From NCBI GenBank assembly GCA_031267335.1, contig JAIRZH010000010.1, positions 1 through 30,622 on the forward strand: 30,622 nucleotides of DNA. Reading direction: 5' to 3'. Positions 26,342 to 30,622 of this stretch are shown in pieces. The translations under genes were made by a program, and so were the position numbers. Below the pieces are notes generated by a model. The model was not told the origin of the DNA. It searched no databases and worked only from the letters and a program-made list of their open reading frames with translations. Position 1 is the first letter of the stretch. Each line of letters opens with the position of its first letter. Origin of the DNA: Oscillospiraceae bacterium. Lineage in GTDB: Bacteria; Bacillota; Clostridia; Oscillospirales; Acutalibacteraceae.

Positions 26342-28018
26342 ATGATTAGTGTATTTCCTTCAACAGAAGTTGCTTTTACAGACAACGGACTTAAAATCCT
26401 AAAACCTTTAAAAACCTTAATCCGTAAAGAAGACAGCGGCAACTACTACATCGATCTTCAAGATACACTAAATGATTCGTCAGGAAATGAAAATCTTAAC
26501 TATTACATTTCCGGAAACATTTTAAGAGTCACAACACCATGGGGCGAGCAGCGTTTTCGAATCAAAAATGTTTCAATCGAAAACAAAAGAATTTATGCCA
26601 GAGGATGGCATATTTTTTATGATGCTGAAAACTATATCATTGAAGATTCTTATGTTTTTGAAAAGAACTGCAATTATGCGCTTGACCATTTGAACTCAGC
26701 AACTGATGTTGCTTCTCCGTTTACAACTATCTCGGATGTAACTGGAGAATTTTCTTACAGATGTGTCAGAAAATCTCTTGCGCAAGCAATTAACGATGTT
26801 TTAGAGCGTTGGGGCGGTCATCTTGAACGCGATAACATGCAAATTGCTATCAGGCAAAACATTGGTCAAGACAGACAAATTGTAATCTCTTACGGTAAAA
26901 ATATTCAAAACATTAAAGCCGAAGAAAACTGGAACGATGTAGTCACAAAACTAATGCCAGTTGGAAAAGACGGCTTAAAACTACCAGAAGTCTGGCTTTC
27001 TCTCGATGAGTCTCTATATGAAATTCCGTATACAAAAGTAATTCATTTTGAACAAAATGAATTAAATCAAGAAGATTTTATTGATGAAAATGGCAATTCT
27101 GACGAAACAGCTTACAATTCAGCACTCGAAAATGATTTAAGAGCAAAAGGAAACGCATATCTAAATCAGAATTCAGCTCCTAAAGTAAATTACACACTAA
27201 ATGCTTATATTGAAGGAATCGTTGACATAGGCGATGTCATCTGGGTAAAGCATCCAAAATGTAAAATAGATCTTCTTACAAATGTAATAGCACTCGAATT
27301 TGATGTAATCTCACAAAAGGTTAAAAAAGTTGAGTTTGGAAACTTCAAAAGAGGTTTAAAAGATTTAGTCGGAAACATAACTGCAAAGATCGAGGAAACT
27401 GTTGAAAAAAGCGCTGGAGATACCACTGCTAAATTTCAAAAAGAACTTGTTGAAGCAACAAACAGCATTAAGTCAGTGCTTGGAAACTCTTACGTCATTA
27501 ACGGAGGAGATAAAATTTTAGTTCTTGATAAACTCCCAAAAGAAGAAGCGCAAAACGTGATGATGATAAACTCAGGTGGTATCGGCTTCTCAAATACCGG
27601 GATAAACGGAACATTTACAAGCGCTTGGCTTATCGGAGGGACTCTAGATATGCAAAATATAAACGTCATAAATCTTGTTGCCGATATGATAAAAGGCGGA
27701 ACTCTAAAACTTGGAAGCAACTTAAATGAAAGCGGGATCATCGAGCTTTATGATGAAGGAAATACACTGATTATTCAGCTCGACGACAATGGCATCACCA
27801 TCTTTTGTAGTGACGGACGTACAATTAAACTTAATGCCGATATCGGATTTTGTGGCTATGACACCGACGGAACTTCAATGTATTGGTCAAATGGCGATGA
27901 ATTTCATATGAAGAAATGTGTTATAGACAATCAACTTGAAATCGGAGGTAAATTAAGATTTATGCCACTTTCATCCGGAACTGCAAATGACGGAGTTGCA
28001 GTTGTTGCCATTACTTAA
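26342..28018 (+). CDS. Tail-associated protein (Tal / prophage tail endopeptidase-like)
   Basis: Follows Dit; RWGGHL.RDN, YGKNI, VVTKLMPVGKDG, IGD.I.V.HP, C-terminal beta-rich extension. Confidence 0.85.
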   Translation: MISVFPSTEVAFTDNGLKILKPLKTLIRKEDSGNYYIDLQDTLNDSSGNENLNYYISGNILRVTTPWGEQRFRIKNVSIENKRIYARGWHIFYDAENYIIEDSYVFEKNCNYALDHLNSATDVASPFTTISDVTGEFSYRCVRKSLAQAINDVLERWGGHLERDNMQIAIRQNIGQDRQIVISYGKNIQNIKAEENWNDVVTKLMPVGKDGLKLPEVWLSLDESLYEIPYTKVIHFEQNELNQEDFIDENGNSDETAYNSALENDLRAKGNAYLNQNSAPKVNYTLNAYIEGIVDIGDVIWVKHPKCKIDLLTNVIALEFDVISQKVKKVEFGNFKRGLKDLVGNITAKIEETVEKSAGDTTAKFQKELVEATNSIKSVLGNSYVINGGDKILVLDKLPKEEAQNVMMINSGGIGFSNTGINGTFTSAWLIGGTLDMQNINVINLVADMIKGGTLKLGSNLNESGIIELYDEGNTLIIQLDDNGITIFCSDGRTIKLNADIGFCGYDTDGTSMYWSNGDEFHMKKCVIDNQLEIGGKLRFMPLSSGTANDGVAVVAIT

Positions 28019-28084
28019 TTTGTAAGCAATTAATTTATAAATATTTTAAAAAACAAAAGACAAATCAAAAAATAAATTTAATTA

Positions 28085-28110
28085 ACCTCATCATTTGTGA
28101 GGTATTTTTT
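28085..28110 (+). terminator. Possible weak terminator between Tal and the tail fibre gene
   Basis: ACCTCA-TCATTTG-TGAGGT followed by ATTTTTT. Confidence 0.45.
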
Positions 28111-28127
28111 ATGTAGAGGGATAAAAA

Positions 28128-29981
28128 ATGGCAGATTCAGCTGAGATGTCAACATCGAATCAATATGTAAAGTATCATATAAGCGTTTATCAAAACTCCC
28201 AAAATGTCAGTAATAATACTTCATATGTTACTGTTGACGTCTTCTTTTATAGAAATAACAGTGGCTATCAAACCTACGGAACTGGAAATGTCTACTGCAG
28301 AATCAATGGTACTCAGTATTCATCAAGCGTTTCAAGCAGTCAGAAAATCACAAATTCAGGAATTTTACTCTTTCAGTGGCAAGGCAATATTTCCCATAAC
28401 TCTGACGGCACCAAAACACTTACGACAAGTGCGTGGATAAATATAGATACGCCTTTAACAAGTAGCGAACAGAGCTTTTCTTACACGCTTTCAACAATTC
28501 CAAGGGCTGCGACTTTTTCAGATGCTACAAATTTTAACGATACTGATAATCCAAAGATTTATTTCAGAAATCCGGGTGGCTTTAAATTATGTCTGAAAAT
28601 GGAAGCAGGCGGAAATGACCACTTGATTGTTAGAGACAATATTTATCCTTCAAGCCCTTATACATTCAGTTTGACGACAGCCGAAAGAAACTCTCTTCTT
28701 CAATTGGCGCCTAATTCCAATACTTTAAGCGTAAGATTTACTGTAGGAACATATCTAAGCTCCGGTGCTGGTGATTGGTCTTATGGCGATCGTACAATGA
28801 CAATTGTCAGCGCAAACCCAAGTTTTAGTTCATCTCAGCTTTCATATTATGATAATAATTCAACTGTAACAAACATCACACAAAATAATCAATTAATTGT
28901 ACAAAATCAGTCGACTCTTTATGTTAATTTCAGTTCGGCAACAGCTCAAAAATATGCATCAATATCAAGCTATCAGTTAACTTTTAATGGTTCAACCTAT
29001 TCCTATTCAAGTTCGGGAACAAAAAGTCTTGGCACGATAAATTCAAGCAGTAACCTGACTTTATCGGTGAAAGCCATTGATTCACGAGGCAATTCAACAA
29101 CAATTTCAAAAACTGTAACTTGTATTGCTTGGCAACCACCGCAAGCGACTTATCAAATTGCAAGAGTTAATAATTTTGAAAGTACAACAAATATTTTAGT
29201 TAGCACGACTATTTCAAGCGTTAATTCAAAGAACAGTTTGCAACTCTTGCAGTACAGAACAAAACCGTCGACAAGTTCTATGTGGAGCGACTGGATCGAC
29301 TGGATCGACATCCAAAACAACATAAAAACACAAGCAGATTTTGATAACACAAAAGCTTTTAATTTTCAAATTCAAGTCCAAGATAAATTTTCAACTTCAA
29401 CTTATTCTTTCAATTTAAACGCAGGCCAGCCCATTATTTTTTTTGATACAAACAAGATAAGCGTCGGCGTGAATACTTTTCCCAGCAACAGTAATTCTTT
29501 TGAAACTACAAGTTTATATGTTAATGGCAAATCAATACTAGATTTAACTTATCCTGTGGGCTCCATTTATCTGTCGGTGAGCTCGACTTCTCCGGCGACT
29601 CTTTTTGGAGGAACTTGGACTCAGCTTTATAATAGATTTCTAATCGGAGCTGGGTCTTCGTATTCCGTAAATTCTACCGGAGGATCGACATCGGCATCGC
29701 TTTCTACTTCAAATATGCCGAGCCACAGCCACAGCTTCAACGCCACTTCGTCGAGTACCGGAAGCCACACTCACGGTCTTGCAAGAGCTCCATCGGGAAG
29801 TGGTTACAAAGAGAGTTACGGTTATACAACAACTGCCACAAGAGAGCAGACCACTTATTCGGATTCTTCCGGAAGTCATTCTCATAGCGTAAGTGGGACG
29901 ACAGGCTCAAGTGGAAGTGGTTCTTCGTTTAGTGTAATTCCATCTTATTTGGCAGTTTATATGTGGAAAAGAACGGCTTAG
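28128..29981 (+). CDS. Tail fibre/baseplate (receptor-binding) protein
   Basis: Ser/Thr/Asn-rich beta protein; DUF859-like N-terminus (LSTIPRA); C-terminal YPVGSIY...FGGTW...MPSHSH...YMWKRTA collar-type domain. Confidence 0.85.
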   Translation: MADSAEMSTSNQYVKYHISVYQNSQNVSNNTSYVTVDVFFYRNNSGYQTYGTGNVYCRINGTQYSSSVSSSQKITNSGILLFQWQGNISHNSDGTKTLTTSAWINIDTPLTSSEQSFSYTLSTIPRAATFSDATNFNDTDNPKIYFRNPGGFKLCLKMEAGGNDHLIVRDNIYPSSPYTFSLTTAERNSLLQLAPNSNTLSVRFTVGTYLSSGAGDWSYGDRTMTIVSANPSFSSSQLSYYDNNSTVTNITQNNQLIVQNQSTLYVNFSSATAQKYASISSYQLTFNGSTYSYSSSGTKSLGTINSSSNLTLSVKAIDSRGNSTTISKTVTCIAWQPPQATYQIARVNNFESTTNILVSTTISSVNSKNSLQLLQYRTKPSTSSMWSDWIDWIDIQNNIKTQADFDNTKAFNFQIQVQDKFSTSTYSFNLNAGQPIIFFDTNKISVGVNTFPSNSNSFETTSLYVNGKSILDLTYPVGSIYLSVSSTSPATLFGGTWTQLYNRFLIGAGSSYSVNSTGGSTSASLSTSNMPSHSHSFNATSSSTGSHTHGLARAPSGSGYKESYGYTTTATREQTTYSDSSGSHSHSVSGTTGSSGSGSSFSVIPSYLAVYMWKRTA

Positions 29982-30004
29982 ATTTTATTGCAAATTACAC
30001 CCAA

Positions 30005-30030
30005 AACCACTTAAAAGTGGTTATTTTTAT
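30005..30030 (+). terminator. Terminator after the tail fibre gene
   Basis: AACCACT-TAAA-AGTGGTT followed by ATTTTTAT. Confidence 0.6.
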
Positions 30031-30089
30031 ATTTTTGGAGGAACCAAAATGAGTGAAAAACTTAATCTTAATCAATTGAGGTGATTTTA

Positions 30090-30485
30090 TTGAATACGGC
30101 GCAAAGATTTAAAATTCAGAGAATGCGAGAAGATGGTGAAAGTTATACTAAAATCGCAAGAGTCACGGGAGTTTTAGCAAACACAATCAAGTCGTTTTGC
30201 AGAAGAAATAACTTTCAAGTTTTGAAAGTAAAAGACGATAAATCTCAAAATCTTTGTAAAAACTGCGGCAAAGAACTGACTTTGTATAAAAAAACTAAAC
30301 CAAAGAAATTTTGCTGTAAAACTTGTAAAAACAGGTGGTGGAATCAAAACAGAAAATGTTTGGCAAAATCTGAAAATACATTAATTTGCAGAAATTGCAA
30401 CAAAAAATTTACAGATTATCAAAATAACAAAAGAATTTATTGCAGTCATCAATGTTATATTAATTTTCGTTACAAAAGCCCATAA
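30090..30485 (+). CDS. HTH plus two Cys-rich zinc-finger-like motifs, putative DNA-binding protein
   Basis: G.SY..IA..TG...NTIKSFCRR; CKNCG...FCC..C and CRNC...YCSHQCY; TTG 30090 fits RBS GAGGTG (track start GTG 30081). Confidence 0.75.
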   Translation: MNTAQRFKIQRMREDGESYTKIARVTGVLANTIKSFCRRNNFQVLKVKDDKSQNLCKNCGKELTLYKKTKPKKFCCKTCKNRWWNQNRKCLAKSENTLICRNCNKKFTDYQNNKRIYCSHQCYINFRYKSP

Positions 30486-30507
30486 ATACTTGATTTTATT
30501 ATTACTT

Positions 30508-30531
30508 GGAGCCGTAAAACGGCTCCTTTTT
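30508..30531 (+). terminator. Intrinsic terminator
   Basis: GGAGCCGT-AAA-ACGGCTCC followed by TTTTT. Confidence 0.8.
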
Positions 30532-30569
30532 CATGCTTAATTTTAAATTTAATTTTGGAGGAATATTTT

Positions 30570-30622
30570 ATGTTTATAAATACAAATTTGAAAGTCTTTG
30601 AAAACACTGATTTTGGTAAGGT
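30570..30622 (+). CDS. Start of a second BRO-N family protein (3' truncated by the window)
   Basis: MFINTNLKVFENTDFGKV; RBS GGAGG. Confidence 0.7.
   Translation, partial: MFINTNLKVFENTDFGK

Larger units (their letters stand above)
1..30622 (+). mobile_element. Temperate HK97-type siphophage/prophage segment (replication, packaging, head and tail modules); both ends lie outside the window
   Basis: Colinear phage gene set in canonical order; window starts and ends inside phage-type genes. Confidence 0.97.

Noticed and set aside
307-29350. Other short nested or antisense ORFs in the track (for example 630-890, 2004-2402, 4092-4469, 25858-26160)
   Set aside because: All lie within well-supported genes and lack RBS or motif support
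28128-29981. Diversity-generating retroelement target in the tail fibre gene
   Set aside because: No reverse transcriptase and no template/variable repeat pair differing at adenines in the window
1-30622. tRNA, rRNA, IS transposase, integrase or att sites
   Set aside because: None recognisable by eye; tRNAscan-SE and Infernal/Rfam searches would be needed to exclude small RNAs formally

Overview
The whole window reads as one contiguous, almost entirely + strand segment of a temperate HK97-type siphophage or prophage. The AT-rich sequence, strong GGAGG ribosome binding sites and gene content suggest a Bacillota (Firmicutes), probably Clostridia-like, host; this is an inference. Gene order: replication module (SSB-like protein, family A DNA polymerase, 1046-aa primase/Cys-rich/DUF927-helicase fusion, candidate ori, VRR-NUC), late activator, HNH/cos/TerS, a small 3-helix PnuC-like membrane protein, ParB-methyltransferase, an accessory cassette, TerL, portal, Clp-type protease, capsid, head-tail genes, major tail protein, frameshifted tail chaperones, tape measure, Dit, an inserted BRO gene, Tal, tail fibre/baseplate protein, an HTH/zinc-finger protein and the start of a second BRO gene. 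No integrase, holin or endolysin is visible. The most interesting parts are: (i) the accessory cassette at 10287-13968 (Arc-like repressor, ATP-dependent ligase, amidoligase, GGCT, DUF5049, serine-recombinase domain without its catalytic Ser), which follows a cytosine-methylase remnant and carries a duplicated promoter with a shared palindromic operator; (ii) a recurring pattern of duplicated gene starts or ends with hairpin DNA between the copies at structural-gene junctions, plus in-frame palindromic insertions in the primase, TerL and protease genes; (iii) a ~310-bp degenerate 7-mer array. All family assignments come from motifs recognised by eye, not from database searches.
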